Below, piece by piece: positions 50,801-64,000 of a DNA stretch of 64,000 nt. The stretch's first letter is position 1, and every line of letters begins with the position of its first letter. The stretch covers positions 186,001 through 250,000 of the forward strand of contig JBDOQK010000001.1 of assembly GCA_040437565.1 (NCBI GenBank). Reading direction: 5' to 3'. The DNA is from Albugo candida (lineage: Eukaryota). A program made the translations under genes and the position numbers. The notes beneath the pieces were generated by a model. The model had not been told where the DNA came from. It worked only from the letters and a program-made list of their open reading frames with translations, and made no database searches.

Positions 50801-53800
50801 TGTCAACTCACAGAGCTCAAGTATCAAAAATTTTATACCGACTGGTACATATACAGAAATACCCAAACCATTTTCCATGTCCGCCTACACGTAGTCATCA
50901 GGCACGTCGCTAAGTTGAGCTGGAGCACCCCAAAGAGTTGCCAGCGCCAGTACATTTATACGGTAGACATGTTCATGACCGCCGCAAAGGTAAGAAAAGA
51001 ATCGACCCCAATCTTTTGTTCGTTTACAAAGCAACAAGACGACCTTTATAAAGCTCAATTTGACCTTTCGGCATCAGTTTTGGTGTAGAAAACGCACTTG
51101 CTGTGCAACGTCTTGCTGTCCCGAGGCTTCTTAATGACTTCGAAACCTCATCGGCGAATCATCCGAGAATATCTTCCACCAATGCTTTAGTCCATTCCAG
51201 CACCTTGGAACTCTTCATCGCTTCACAATAGCTTCGTAGATCACGTTCGACAATATGGTTCATTAAGGTCTGAGATGTCGCCTTCTGCTTTCCAGCAGGT
51301 TCTGTTGATCTTTAAGGCGAGCATGTCGCGTGCCTAGATCTACGCCAGGTCTTCTTCTTCTTCCTTTTTTCGTGAGCCATATACTCCACGGGAATCTCAG
51401 CCAAGGCCAAACTCGTGTCATCTCTTTCTGGCATCTCTTCGACAGTGATATGACCAGATGTTAACTCACGCTGAAACTGACAGTTCCGATCTTCAGTCAG
51501 AGTCTCCACATTCTTGCTATGTTGAGTCACAGTCAACACCCTGTGTTTCTTCAAAAACACACGATATCCCTACATTATTTCGCTCTTGCCAGCAATGATT
51601 CCAATTTGCGGTCTCTGGCGCAGAGTAATTGAAAGCTATTATTTTTGTTTTTTTAATTATTTAGGTATAAAATTAATTTCAATAATTGCGCGGGTCCCTG
51701 TACACATACGTAACGAACCAAAAGTTGAAATAGAGATTGAGTCCGAGATCATCTTAGCAAAACTTCAAACGGCAATGACTTTTTTGTGTTAGCGTGGCTT
51801 GGGCTTCTGTTGAAGATGTACGCCACATACTCCAGGCCACTCCCTAGAAATAAAGCGGCAATTTACTTGCAAAAATCATGCATCGGGTCATATTCAAATT
51901 GGTCCTGTGCTTGCGTTCAGCTTTCCCATTCGATGTCTAATTATTTGGTTCAGAGACTTGTCGCGCGACTCCACTTCTCTTTCAAAATAAGTTGACATTT
52001 TGATACTCACCGCCACCGTCCGTGCGCAAAATTTGAACGCGACAGTCGAACATTTTCAAGGAAAAGCAGAGAATGCTCGAACTTCTTGACAGCTGCATGT
52101 TGGTCCTAGCAAGGAACACGTGGCAATGATTCTACTTGTGGTCGAAAAAAATTATCAAGTACCTATTTCTAAATGGATCATTCGGGGTAATCGAACCCTT
52201 CAAGTCGCTCCATATCAACACTCCAATTCTGTCGATAGGTTAATTCTTTCCCGAGTTCTTGCGTGACTGGGCGTTTCTTGCCTGCTCTCCCTGCGCGAAA
52301 GGCAAACCTTTCTCACGTGTGTTATCACTCAATTTGATGCCAGATCTCCATTCCGCTCAATAGTGTCGTACGACAAGTGAGACGTATAACGGTGAAACTG
52401 CATCAGCGTACCGACTTGAACTTCCATCTTTGAATAGGTAGTCATCCCTTCGTTGGTAACTGCCATGATCCCATCAATTGGCTCTTCACCAAAAGTCTTT
52501 GGCTTAGTTTGCACTTCAATCACGTGACTGATCATCTGGACGTCAAAATCCACCATATCAGTATTGGAATCCAACAGCGACCGACGACAGTTTCAATACA
52601 TGAGCTTGAAACCCTTGTTCTCCAGCTTTCCATATGAGATAATATTTCTCATGACTGACGGTGCGAGGTGGACGTCAGTCAAGTACACTATGCATGCTGT
52701 ACCAGCTACCGTAATCTGGAGAAGCACGTACTCCACCTTCGTCACACGTAGTGATTGCCCATCTGGCAGCATGCACTCGCTGTGACAATCGCGGGAATTT
52801 TCAAGCATTCGCTCATCATACACAAGGTGTCAACTAAACCCACTGTCCAAAATCCGTCGATCCTTTACAATCTCTTTGTCATTGACTGCAGCGGGAGTCA
52901 TTTGTACGCCACGTTCATTGCCTTTACCACCGGACGTGTTCTTATTTCCATTACAGTTGTAGCACGTCCGAGTCTCATTTCTTGGCTTCAAATTACCACC
53001 AGTTATCACAACGTCCTTCCCAGCAGCCTTGGCGCCACGCACATCGGTTTCAAACGCCTGTGCAAAATGCGCCGACCCCTCGGCGTGTCTCAAGTAAACA
53101 GTACTGTTATTAGTAGTACTTAGGCATGAGTACATGACGGAGATCAGTAGAGGCGTACTGGAGAACATTATCGAGAAACAGCGCTTCTGCGCCACCCGTC
53201 GCGTCACTGATTGCGACGAGATACAACTAATGTTCAGGTCACGACCGCTTTTAGTCCTTCCTGGTAGTAAGTTGGATGATGTTTGTTTCAAATGTCTGGT
53301 GTAGTCTTTTCATGACGTGTTGCAGCGTCAGCTGTTGTTGCCACCATGTCTGAAGCTGTTCATGGTAAAAAAAAACTCCGCAGTACCACACAATAATGCC
53401 CCAGGAGGTCATCCTTGACTTTTGGACAAACAAACCACAAGCCATCTGAGCCAGCACGTATTGGCGAATGAAACGATGACCAGATTCCAGAAAAATCTAA
53501 ACCTAGCCCTTCGTAGAGCTCTTTACTATCGAGCGATCGAGCGATCGTATTGACAGCTTCCTCTGTCGAGCATCCGGTACACTACACTGAAACATCTGAG
53601 GTGGCATGTAGTTGGGTGGAGCAGATACACGATGCGGCACCTGCTTTTGAGGCATAGCTTGATTCTAACTCATGGTGGCATGTTCTTGATGATGTCGCTA
53701 CAGTGAGCTCTGGAATTGCGGTGCCCTAGGAAAAAGAGCTCGCACAAGTGGAGTGATATGCAGAATCGAATTCGTCTCCATGCGAGATGATCCAAAAGTT

Positions 53801-54175
53801 TTTCCAAACGCGGACTGAAACACATCAGTTTCTTGAGCCTTTCGCGCGCTCGTCCTCTTCTCTCTTGAGCTGCGATACCCGAGGCTACTGGATACATCTC
53901 TCACCCCACGCGCAGCTGCCGCTGCAGTCTCGGCAGTTGGAGAGACAGCGACCTGTTTGCGGTCGCCCAATGCCATTTGCGCGCCCTCGGCACGCGTGGG
54001 AATGATAGGCGTCCTTGGGCTCATAACCTTTTAAACTCTTTCTTGACATATGCGTATCCTGTCCGCATAAATATTACAATATCGCGCACTATTTCAACAG
54101 CACGGTCGCTAAATGACGTCACAGCGGTGAATAGTCGGCTGTGGCCGATATCGTCTAACATTGCGTGCACTACAT
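47834..54175 (-). mobile_element. Decayed Ty1/Copia LTR retrotransposon
   Basis: Diverged LTRs 47834-48002 and ~54029-54175; PBS GGTTATGAGCCC; PPT GAGAAGGAG at 48003-48011. Order gag (TCYNC), protease (ILDSG), integrase, RT (YKGRLVA, YGLKQAG, YVNV), RNase H (SGADFASD). 48402-49699 is duplicated across a gap. Confidence 0.9.
54017..54028 (-). promoter_or_regulatory. Copia-type primer-binding site
   Basis: GGTTATGAGCCC directly inside the 5' LTR; resembles the Drosophila copia PBS GGTTATGGGCCC. Confidence 0.75.
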
Positions 54176-54458
54176 ATCTGTCTCTGCGACTGCCAAGATA
54201 TAGTCTATAAGTACACGCTTACGATGATAGAAACATTCTCATACTTCCCAGCAATCATCTTCTGTGCTATCCCTACTTCAGGGGTGTGATTTTATTGTAT
54301 AGTTTTTCCGCTGCATTTATTCATATGAATCAGAGTTCACGATTTATGATTGATCTATTAATTCATGAGGCTGAATAACGATTCCCGTGACTATATTGTA
54401 TTTATTCCGTTGCATTTATTCAGACCAAACAGAGGTCACGATTTCCATTAATTCATTT

Positions 54459-57400
54459 ATTTTACGAAACCGATGACGTCATGTAGAAAGCAGGCAAAGA
54501 ATTCAGTAAATGAGTCATAAGGCTTAAATTGGCATATGGTTGGGAACTAAGGACCTAATTGAATTTTAATTCTCATTTTAGCAGCTCAGACACTACATCT
54601 GGTAGCGTTGCACTCAATCATACATGTCCAAACATCTTGTTTAGACGTATGTTCTCAACTCTGAACCTAATTCTCACTCGGCCCCATTATGACCCGAACC
54701 CGATCCTGATCCTAACCCTGATCCTGACCCTGAACTCGCCTGACGTGAACCTCAATTTGCCTAACTTGAACCTCACCGGGACCAGATTCCGACGCCGATC
54801 GATCAATTATCTAAAGTTTGGGCGCAGAAGGCATGAGCATGCCTTCAAACCCGGAGCTCATGCAAAGCATGCTTGCGATGATGGCGCAACAACAAAAGAT
54901 GACGCGAAAAATGGCCGGGACGATAACGCTAAAGGACTTCCGACTTGACGCAGTAAAGGCGCCTAGTTGTAGTGGACAGAATATATTTCAAGAGTAGTTT
55001 ACTTTGTTGAATAAGTGCAACAGTTTTTAAAAGTGAGGCGCGTCGAGTGAAATATCGCGACGATGGCAGCCACTATTATTCTGACTATCGGACGCATGCT
55101 CATCGGCACAGCGGCAGAATGGTATGTCTAGTCGCGCAACAGAGTTAATATTTTCGATGAATTATTCTTTCATATTGAACAAAGTTTGTACCCGCAGACC
55201 TACAGATCCGGCTTCGTGACCAACTTCGGAATCTCACTCAAGCGCAGTGTAGAGATCTTAGAGACTTTGTGAATCGCTTCCGAAAGATGGTGATTCAAGT
55301 GCGTTTCATGAGTGACATCAACTCTATCTTCTACTTCACTTCACGAGAGAGGCATCGGACACGTGCCGAATATGAGTATCGCCGTTGCTCGTCTCCTAGT
55401 CAGACAATAAATGTCGCAAACGACTTCGAGCGTTCACATTTTGGCTAAGGGAGTGCAAGGCGTGCGCAACAACTTCGTCAACCAGAGAGGATTACTCATC
55501 AACACTTCGAGAAACCCCAACACTAGCCAATGGAAATTGACAATGTGCAAGTAGTGTCACAAGAAGAGTGCTTTCAACGCAAATTGTGTTGCTATTGCAA
55601 GAAGCAGGACATCGACACGCAGAGTCCCCGACAAGGCCACGAATTCGAACAGTATCGAGGCCGAGTGCGCGTGTGAGCATGATCGAAAGTGTTCCAGATA
55701 GAAGCGAAGAAGCTGACGAAGCTATCGTGTTTGTTCAATTTACGGCCAATGCGGTGCAAGTCAATTTGGTCAATAAGCAGTCATATCTGCTGCGAAAGCC
55801 CGGTAAGATTGATGCAACACCAGTTACACTCGTGCTGAATTATGGGGCATCGACAAATGTGATTCACCCTGGACTGGCTTCCAGGGTTATAAGAACGCAA
55901 CGAGGCCATCTGAAGCGGTTTGATGGGTCCCTTATCTCGCCGGCTGAGCTAGCGACGGATGAGGCGATAGTACACACAAGTGAAGGTGGGTTTTTGAACA
56001 TGACTTTCACGGAGAGCAATCTGGATGCCGATCAGGATGTGATTTTTGATCTTCCGTGTTTTCGAGAATACGCCCCGCAATTCGACTGGAACTCAGGCCA
56101 ATTTGTGGTCCCGACGCAGGCCACACCATCAGGGAATAGAAAGTATCAGCGTTGGTAGATCAGAACCTAAGCGATGTTGTGTCCGGGCCATGCGTTCAAG
56201 CGCGCAAATTATATGTGCGCAGAAATGAATACGCAGAGCTGCTTCTGGTCAAGGTTTCTTGGATTAAAGTGGACGACCATGTCCCGGTTTGACTTTGCGA
56301 CCCTACTAACGAGTACGCCGTTATTTTTCCAGCGAATCTCCCAGACTAACTATCACCGTCACGTGCGGAGTAGTTCGACGTGGAAATGGAGTCAGATGCG
56401 ATTCCGAGTTCAAGGTCGCCGTTTTGTCTGTCTAAGACCGAGAAAGAAGCACTTGAAACACTCGTTGCGGACAACCTAAGGAAAGTCTGGGTCGAAGTGT
56501 CAAATTCGCCATGGGTGTCAAACATATTTGCAATTCCAAAGAAAGAGCACGTAACGGGACAAGCTCCAACCCGGTAGAGTTTCTTCAGTCGGAAACAGCT
56601 TGTAGACAATTCACTGGTCATCGATCCCCTATACGTGAATAGCCAAACCAAGATTCCTAAAACTCCGTTTCCTCTCATAGAGGAGCTCTTGGATAGGATG
56701 GCAGGATGTGCAGTGTTCACGGTGATTGAATTGGCACAAGGCTACCACAAGATGCTCGTTAACAATTCAAGTCGCCAGTACACAGCATTTCGAACGCATA
56801 AGGAGACATGCCAGTCATGCGCCGCACCAATGCGACTGCCGGGAATGACAGCTGTGTGGTCACGCCTTACGCGCGTGTTGCTTGACATGTTTGGATTTGT
56901 GGCTGTCTACCTTGATGACATTTGTTTTTTCTCAAAGACGAACGAGTAACACACAACACATTTTTGCGGGGGGTCGAAGTGCTTCGCCATTAAGAGATAT
57001 ATTCGCACTGAAGAAAATGCTCCTTTGGAAAGGACAGTGTCGAGTTCGCTGGCCACACAGTTTCCGGAATTGAATTAAGCGTCGACAAGGGTAAGGCATC
57101 ACCAATTGAGAAAATGGTCCCAACAACCAAGCGATAGAAGTTATTGAGCTTTCTAGATCTCTCCGGGTATTACGGCGCTTTATATGCGACTTTGCCAAGA
57201 TTGCACTTCCCTTAAGTCAACTTGTAAAAGAGGACGTCTCTTAAGAGTGATCGGTTGATTAGGATGAATCATTTCGACGATTAAAAGTCGCGCTACAACA
57301 AGCACTTGTGCTTCAGCTACCGGACTTCGCTAACAACTTTATCGTCACAACGGACGCGTCAGGATTATGCATGGGTGGCGTCCTATTTCAGCTTACAAAT

Positions 57401-60400
57401 CAAGAGAATCATCCTATCGCGTTTCGCTCCAAAAAGTTTGGAATTCACGAAAAGGGGTGGCCGATACACGATCAAGAATTACTTGCGATTAAGACGGCTC
57501 TCAAAAATGGCGCCATTATCTCCATGGTCTATCGTCTGATGTCTATACACACAACAATGCGTGCCATTAGATGCTTCATCATCCAAACATCACGCCAATA
57601 ATAGCGCGTATGCTGACCTTTTTCTCCCAGTTTGATTTTACGCTGCAACACACCAAAGATACTTCCAAAGTTATCGCTGTCGCGTCCGGGCGTCGTCAGT
57701 CCAACAACCGGGATGCACCGCAGTCAAGTAACTCAAATTCATGACATCGGACCATTATGCGCTCGCCGGACGTCAATCTTAGACGTCGTGGTCTGCACGT
57801 GGCGGTTCTATACTTTCTTCCACGACACGATAAGGACCTTCTCCTTGATTTGCGGGAGTTTTCGGGGGTGGATAGAGTGCACCAGGTGGTTGTACCTCAA
57901 CTGCGCCAGCGACAAATTCACGATCAATTCCATCACATCGATTTCATTATGTCAAGCATCCAACTCTCGTCTATCACCAAGGCGCTTATGAGCGGCTACA
58001 GCAAGGACCGCGAGTACAAGGAGGCGTTGAACTCGAATCACGACAAGAAGGTTCTGCGGAATCAATTACTGTATGTCAAGACGAACTACACAGTCAAACG
58101 GCTGCAAGTTCCGGCAGACGATAGACTCACCGCCGCCATTATCCGTTAACATCAAGATGAAAACACTGCAGCACATCCTGGTGTCCGTTGCACATAACTT
58201 AAGGTGGCGCAACGGTACTACTGGCCAAACTTGGAAAAAGACGTGCGAGAGTACGCATAAAGCTGCAGTACAGCTCAAGAAAAATGGCAATACCACAATC
58301 CTAGTTCCTAAAGAGTGCTGGGAAGTAGTTTCGATGGACTTTGTAACCGGCCTACGGGTGTTGAGAGGATTCGATGATATCTGGGCAGTGGTCGATAAAC
58401 TGTCGAACCGCCCAAGATATGCTGCTACAAACACGAAAACCGATGCTCCAAACGTCGCAAAACTATTTGTTGACGTCTTCATGCGTCATCACGGATTAGC
58501 GAAGGTCATCATCACTGATCGAGATCCAAAGTTCACTTTTAACTTTTGGAAGTCGCTGATGGCCGCTATGGAAATCAAGCTTTCAATGACAACAGCACAC
58601 CACGCGCAGACTGACAGCAAAACTGAGCGACAAACTTTAAACTTGAAGGATGCACTACGCTGCATGGTGTCGTATCATGGCGACGACTGTTCAACTCATC
58701 TCGGGACTATCGAGTTTGCTCAGGCAACTCCGGTGAGCAAGTCAACACAGCTATCACCTGTTGAGATTGATACAGGGCGACAGGTGTGCAATACTATTTC
58801 CGGAGGTTTCAGTGGCACCGGAAAAATGCTTCCTGTAGCCGGGTACAAAAAAACAATTTGCAGACAAGAGGCAAAAGATCATTAAACTTGCGCAACCCAA
58901 CTTGTTCAAGGCTCAAAGAAAAGCAAAAGGACTACTACGACAAGAAGCGCAAAAATGTGACATTTAAAGCTGGCGACATGGTTATGCTCGATGCCAGACA
59001 TTTCAAGCGACGCCAACCACAAACTGGACACGAAATGACAAAGATGAAGCTGTTGGCGAAGAAGATCCGACCATTGTAGATCAAAGAGATGATCAACAAC
59101 AACGTGTCCAAGCTGGTGCTGTCACGGCAAGTTGCGCTCCAGTTTAAATATCGAATTGTTAAGCCATTTCGTCCCGATCCCGATGAATATTAGCAGTCGC
59201 CCGATCGCAAAAGCAGTGCCGGCAATTCTCGAGGACGAAACCGGTAGCGAGTTGTACATTGTAGAAGTGCTGGTCAAGAAACGTGTCTACAACAAACGAC
59301 CTGATGTCTCGTTGTGGGGCATGGACTTCCAGAGAAGGAGTGTACCAGGGAAAAGNNNNNNNNNNNNNNNNNNNNNNNNNNNNNNNNNNNNNNNNNNNNN
59401 NNNNNNNNNNNNNNNNNNNNNNNNNNNNNNNNNNNNNNNNNNNNNNNNNNNNNNNGTACAGCTCAAGAAAAATGGCAATACCACAATCCTAGTTCCTAAA
59501 GAGTGCTGGGAAGTAGTTTCGATGGACTTTGTAACCGGCCTACGGGTGTTGAGAGGATTCGATGATATCTGGGCAGTGGTCGATAAACTGTCGAACCGCC
59601 CAAGATATGCTGCTACAAACACGAAAACCGATGCTCCAAACGTCGCAAAACTATTTGTTGACGTCTTCATGCGTCATCACGGATTAGCGAAGGTCATCAT
59701 CACTGATCGAGATCCAAAGTTCACTTTTAACTTTTGGAAGTCGCTGATGGCCGCTATGGAAATCAAGCTTTCAATGACAACAGCACACCACGCGCAGACT
59801 GACAGCAAAACTGAGCGACAAACTTTAAACTTGAAGGATGCACTACGCTGCATGGTGTCGTATCATGGCGACGACTGTTCAACTCATCTCGGGACTATCG
59901 AGTTTGCTCAGGCAACTCCGGTGAGCAAGTCAACACAGCTATCACCTGTTGAGATTGATACAGGGCGACAGGTGTGCAATACTATTTCCGGAGGTTTCAG
60001 TGGCACCGGAAAAATGCTTCCTGTAGCCGGGTACAAAAAAACAATTTGCAGACAAGAGGCAAAAGATCATTAAACTTGCGCAACCCAACTTGTTCAAGGC
60101 TCAAAGAAAAGCAAAAGGACTACTACGACAAGAAGCGCAAAAATGTGACATTTAAAGCTGGCGACATGGTTATGCTCGATGCCAGACATTTCAAGCGACG
60201 CCAACCACAAACTGGACACGAAATGACAAAGATGAAGCTGTTGGCGAAGAAGATCCGACCATTGTAGATCAAAGAGATGATCAACAACAACGTGTCCAAG
60301 CTGGTGCTGTCACGGCAAGTTGCGCTCCAGTTTAAATATCGAATTGTTAAGCCATTTCGTCCCGATCCCGATGAATATTAGCAGTCGCCCGATCGCAAAA

Positions 60401-60801
60401 GCAGTGCCGGCAATTCTCGAGGACGAAACCGGTAGCGAGTTGTACATTGTAGAAGTGCTGGTCAAGAAACGTGTCTACAACAAACGACCTGATGTCTCGT
60501 TGTGGGGCATGGACTTCCAGAGAAGGAGTGTACCAGGGAAAAGAAAAAGAACATTTGGCATGTGACGTATTGGAGGGACCTGGGACAAGACTTCAATATT
60601 CGCCATCGCGAATTTCGATTGGGAGGATGTAGGGCATGACGGCATGCGAGAGACGATACATGTTTACGCAAGCGATGACGTCATGTAGAACCCAGGCAAA
60701 GAATTCAGTACAGGAGTCATCAGGCTTAGATTAGCACATGGTTGTGAACTAAGAAGACCTTCTTAAACTTTGCTTTTCGTTTTACCAGCTCAGACACTAA
60801 A
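54459..60801 (+). mobile_element. Decayed Ty3/Gypsy LTR retrotransposon with chromodomain (chromovirus)
   Basis: LTRs ~54459-54597 (5'-truncated, ends CTACA) and 60628-60801 (starts TGTAG); PBS-like TGGTAGCG at 54600; PPT GGGAGGA. Order gag (MEIDNV), protease (LNYGASTN), RT (ELAQGYHKM, YLDD), RNase H (TTDASG), integrase (SMDFVTGL, ITDRDPKF), chromodomain (LYIVEVLVKKR). 58268-59355 is duplicated across a gap. Confidence 0.93.
54690..54775 (+). repeat. Degenerate hexamer array (CCTGAT/CCCGAA/CCTAAC) in the Gypsy 5' leader
   Basis: gacccgaacccgatcctgatcctaaccctgatcctgaccctgaac. Confidence 0.6.
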
Positions 60802-63800
60802 CTTTGGCTTTGCTCCCGTATTGGAAGCTAAGTTGCCAAGAAGAGCTTTCTTGTTAGCGGTGCGGTCCTCATATAGACCACTAAATACAAATATGATATT
60901 TGTCGTTTCGTTTGCACGTTTAGCATACTTCAATCTTTGCTTCTTATTTTGGTACATCCTGCCTAAAACCCAATTTTTTTAGATGGATTCAACAAATGCA
61001 GCACAGTGGAGGAAATAATTCCATAGTAAAGTCTCCCACGCATTGAAGGCGGCAATCGCGGGCAACATTGCTTTTCGATTATCCACTGAATGACTTTGAC
61101 AGCTACTGCGTCACTATGCAAGCGCTTCACTACCAACACATTCGACGGTCATCTCAACTCTCGTCATGGGGTCTGATATTTATTGATCTGAAGATTCAGC
61201 CTTCCGATGAGTATTCTAGATTAAAGCGTGCGATTGATTGAGTTATCGCAATCGTACTGTGACGCAAACCCTTGTAAAAACCATGCGGTTGAAGCTTGGC
61301 CATCTCGTCATAATGACCACCTCAGAAAACTTGCATTGACTTTTGTCTGCTTTTACTCGATTGGAGCATATGAGACGAAACCTGCCCTTTTCTCTTCACA
61401 ATGACAAGTCTTTTACAGCTAGCACTATATAGATGTGACGCAGATTGTTTTGATTCTATCTTCCCCTATAAGTTGACAAGGTCACATCGAAAGGCCGTGC
61501 AAAACTTACCAACCGTCGTTCTGGCTGCCATACAATGACACCCTGAACATGTCCTTCGCCTGCACACAAAAGCTCACGCTTTTTCATTCGTGATACGCGC
61601 GCCTTTTTTCTGTGGGTCTATATCATGAGCTCAAGCATAAACACCGTCGATGTACCTCGCGAAAGCATGAACGCGTACCAAAATATTCTCTGAAATGTAT
61701 ACAGATAATGTAAATACGAAACATCAATAGCGATATAAGGGGGGGTTATGCGTTGATTTGTAGCTGGTCTGATTGCAGAACTGCGGCAATAAGCCTAGCA
61801 CTGGAAAATATGTAAAGGGTTTGTACTTCCAAAGTGTCGCGCTTTTAAATTTCCGCAGGATTTAAGCATCTAAGTGCTTTCCTGTTTTAAAAATAAGGGG
61901 GAGTGCCTGCGACCGTATCTCATAAAATGCTGATTGTATTACAGTTAGACCTTCGACGTTGCTGTCCGAGCGCACAACCTCTGTTCAGAATTGTGTGGTC
62001 ATTAGTTTTATTCAATCTTGTTTTAAGAGCAGCAAGAGGTATGCGCAGGAAGGACCGCATTTTTTGTTGCACTTGATATATTAACTGATGCAGAAGTTTT
62101 ACCTCATGTCAAATAAAAGACTTTCGTTTGGTAAGTTCATAGTATTGGTTTCGGTTTCGGGTCGACCGCGGAAGAAACCGGCGTCGGTCACCCACTCTCA
62201 GTTAGTGCATAAAAGCATAGGGTTAGCATGGCTGGTTGTGAGAGCACACGGCCAGTAAGCAAGAAAGGATAAATATAATCACTTTTACTTCTACTTCGAC
62301 TTCTGTCCTATTTCTTCTGCATTCTAACATACAAGCGGCTCAGCTCGAATGGCGTTTACCACCGATGCTAAAAGTATATACGGTAGTAGTCCAAAATTTG
62401 ACGCTATGGTCACTTTTGATTGCCTCGAGTCGCTTACGCTTATATGTTTCGTATTGATTCAATATAATATAGAGACCAAGATCGATGATAATATAGAAAA
62501 TGCTTAAAGATTTTACGAAAGAATCAAAAGTGCTGAAGAGACTCAGTGATATACACGTCGCCTCGCGAGGCGCCAAGCTAACGCTTTATAAGCTTCTGTA
62601 TCAATGTTGTTTATTTGCTTTGAAGTATCAACAAATTCTGGTTGTTGATAGCGTCTATGTACTTGTATTCGTAAAAGATGAGCGAATAAATCACCTTTAA
62701 AAGAGACAAGTTAATCATGGTTGGAGCTTCGAAATCAATGAGTCGTGTACAAATTTGTGGGCGATAACAGTAATTTTAGAAGACTACCGGAAGTACAGGA
62801 CGTGATCATTCAGCAATATAAAGTGATTATAGAGCCGCAGGCAACTTGCCAGAATGAAATTATATTAGTTCTATTCGTCGCATGTGCACCTTCCTTCGGT
62901 ATCTCTGTACGCCCAAGGTTCTTGGCATGTGAAGAACTATGTGTTGGAAACGGTGAGAAAGCTGAAGGAGCAAGTGAATCTCGAGGAGCTTCGATGAGCA
63001 CGGAAGAGGCGGCTGTCAGATTTCGGAAGATAGCTTTAGGAATAGTTGCACGTTAGCTACAAAATTCAGGTAGAGCCAGAATAAAAGGAAGCTCGGTAAA
63101 GGTGGAGAGTAAGGCATAGAAGAAAAAAAATAGTAGGTAAGGACAAACAAATACACAGAATCGATTTCGCCATCAACAACGCACCCAACATTTACAGCAC
63201 TATGGGCATATGAACATGCTAGTTTTTATTTTATTTCCCGGCAACTCTCAGAATGGTTCGATACCGAAATACTTCTCGCGTGCTGTAGCATTCACATTTG
63301 CGATGCATCGTATCGAATATGCTAATAACACAAAAATTGTGACACATGGAAATAAAATGCTATTTATCCCCAACTTCAATTCGCGCTTTGTGACGATAAC
63401 CATAGAGACAGAATATTTTACAAAACAGCGGATTACATGATTCATTGCCTCTGCATGATCCTAATCCCTTTCTTGCACCTCAGCCCAGTATCAGAGGGTG
63501 ATATATTGTTGCTTGTTTTTATTAAATTTATCGCATAGAGCACACGCACTCTGTAATTGTCTTTTGTATGCGGGATCCAAAGCAAAACATTTCCAGACGC
63601 AATTTGTTAGGAGAGTATGTAAGGGAAATGAAACGGCTGAAAGGTTGATTTGCTGATTTTCCTATGAATAAAACTCAGTAGCTTTTCCTCTAGGAGTATC
63701 AAAAAAAATTCCAAAGGCATTTGATGCTGTAGAAAAGCTGTCATTTTTTAGGGAACTGCTGCGGACACACTCATTTTTTGCTACGGGCACACCCCTAAAG

Positions 63801-64000
63801 ACAAAAATTACATACCCCACCCCCTACATTCGTTCCGCTAATATAGTAGATTAAGAAGTCTATCTTTCCTCTTACACCTCCAGTCTCCCAACCACTCCTT
63901 CAACCACTACATCCACCACTCCTGGTGCCATGTTCTCAGCTGCTAGCACCACCAATCCCTAATTCACTACCCAGCCCACTAATCAGCCCACTCCCCAGTG

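Larger units (their letters stand above)
47305..54450 (-). mobile_element. MULE family B element split by a Copia insertion (halves ~47305-47798 and ~54178-54450)
   Basis: TIR motifs GGAATCATTATTCAGC (47305) and GCTGAATAACGATTCCC (54370). 47650-47798 matches the reverse complement of ~39115-39280; 54178-54245 matches the reverse complement of ~39010-39078. Confidence 0.75.

Noticed and set aside
48402-51097. Tandem duplication of Copia RT/RNase H, and of the Gypsy integrase at 58268-60543
   Set aside because: Apparently identical copies meeting exactly at a 100-N gap; assembly overlap artefact.
47829-54234. GAAAC on both sides of the Copia as a 5-bp TSD
   Set aside because: The right-hand GAAAC lies ~50 bp inside resumed family B sequence, as shown by alignment to ~39010-39078, so it is coincidental.
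54690-54745. Telomere-like CCCTAA/CCTGA repeats
   Set aside because: Short, degenerate and inside the Gypsy 5' leader; not a telomeric array.
60802-63780. Short ORFs after the Gypsy element
   Set aside because: No recognisable motifs or consistent exon structure; I cannot support a gene call.
63810-64000. C-rich low-complexity tail that could encode a Gly/Ser-rich peptide on the minus strand
   Set aside because: Truncated by the window edge and interrupted by stops; insufficient evidence.

Overview
Eukaryotic genomic DNA. Short GT-AG introns, very compact intergenic spacers and the gene content point to an oomycete, possibly Albugo-like (inference). The window has two compartments. (1) About 1-21.1 kb is gene-dense: the 3' end of a diflavin reductase, a HIT protein, a PPR-like mitochondrial protein, DPH6, RLP24, MPP-beta, an intact but apparently catalytically dead Mutator-transposase-derived gene, a WD40 protein, a HAT/TPR protein, a DYRK kinase and a cathepsin X-like protease. 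(2) About 21.2-64 kb is gene-sparse: at least six families of decayed Mutator-like (MULE) DNA transposons and MITEs with recognisable TIRs, often abutting or nested, a decayed Ty1/Copia inserted in a MULE, a decayed chromodomain Ty3/Gypsy, a bromodomain gene fragment and remnants of secreted-protein genes. There are thirteen 100-N gaps; nine are flanked by exact direct duplications, which are assembly artefacts that inflate or frameshift several ORFs. The best novelty candidate is the domesticated MuDR-type gene at 10155-13337 (two zinc-finger DNA-binding modules, degenerate DDE core, intact SWIM). MULE family labels A-F are my own.
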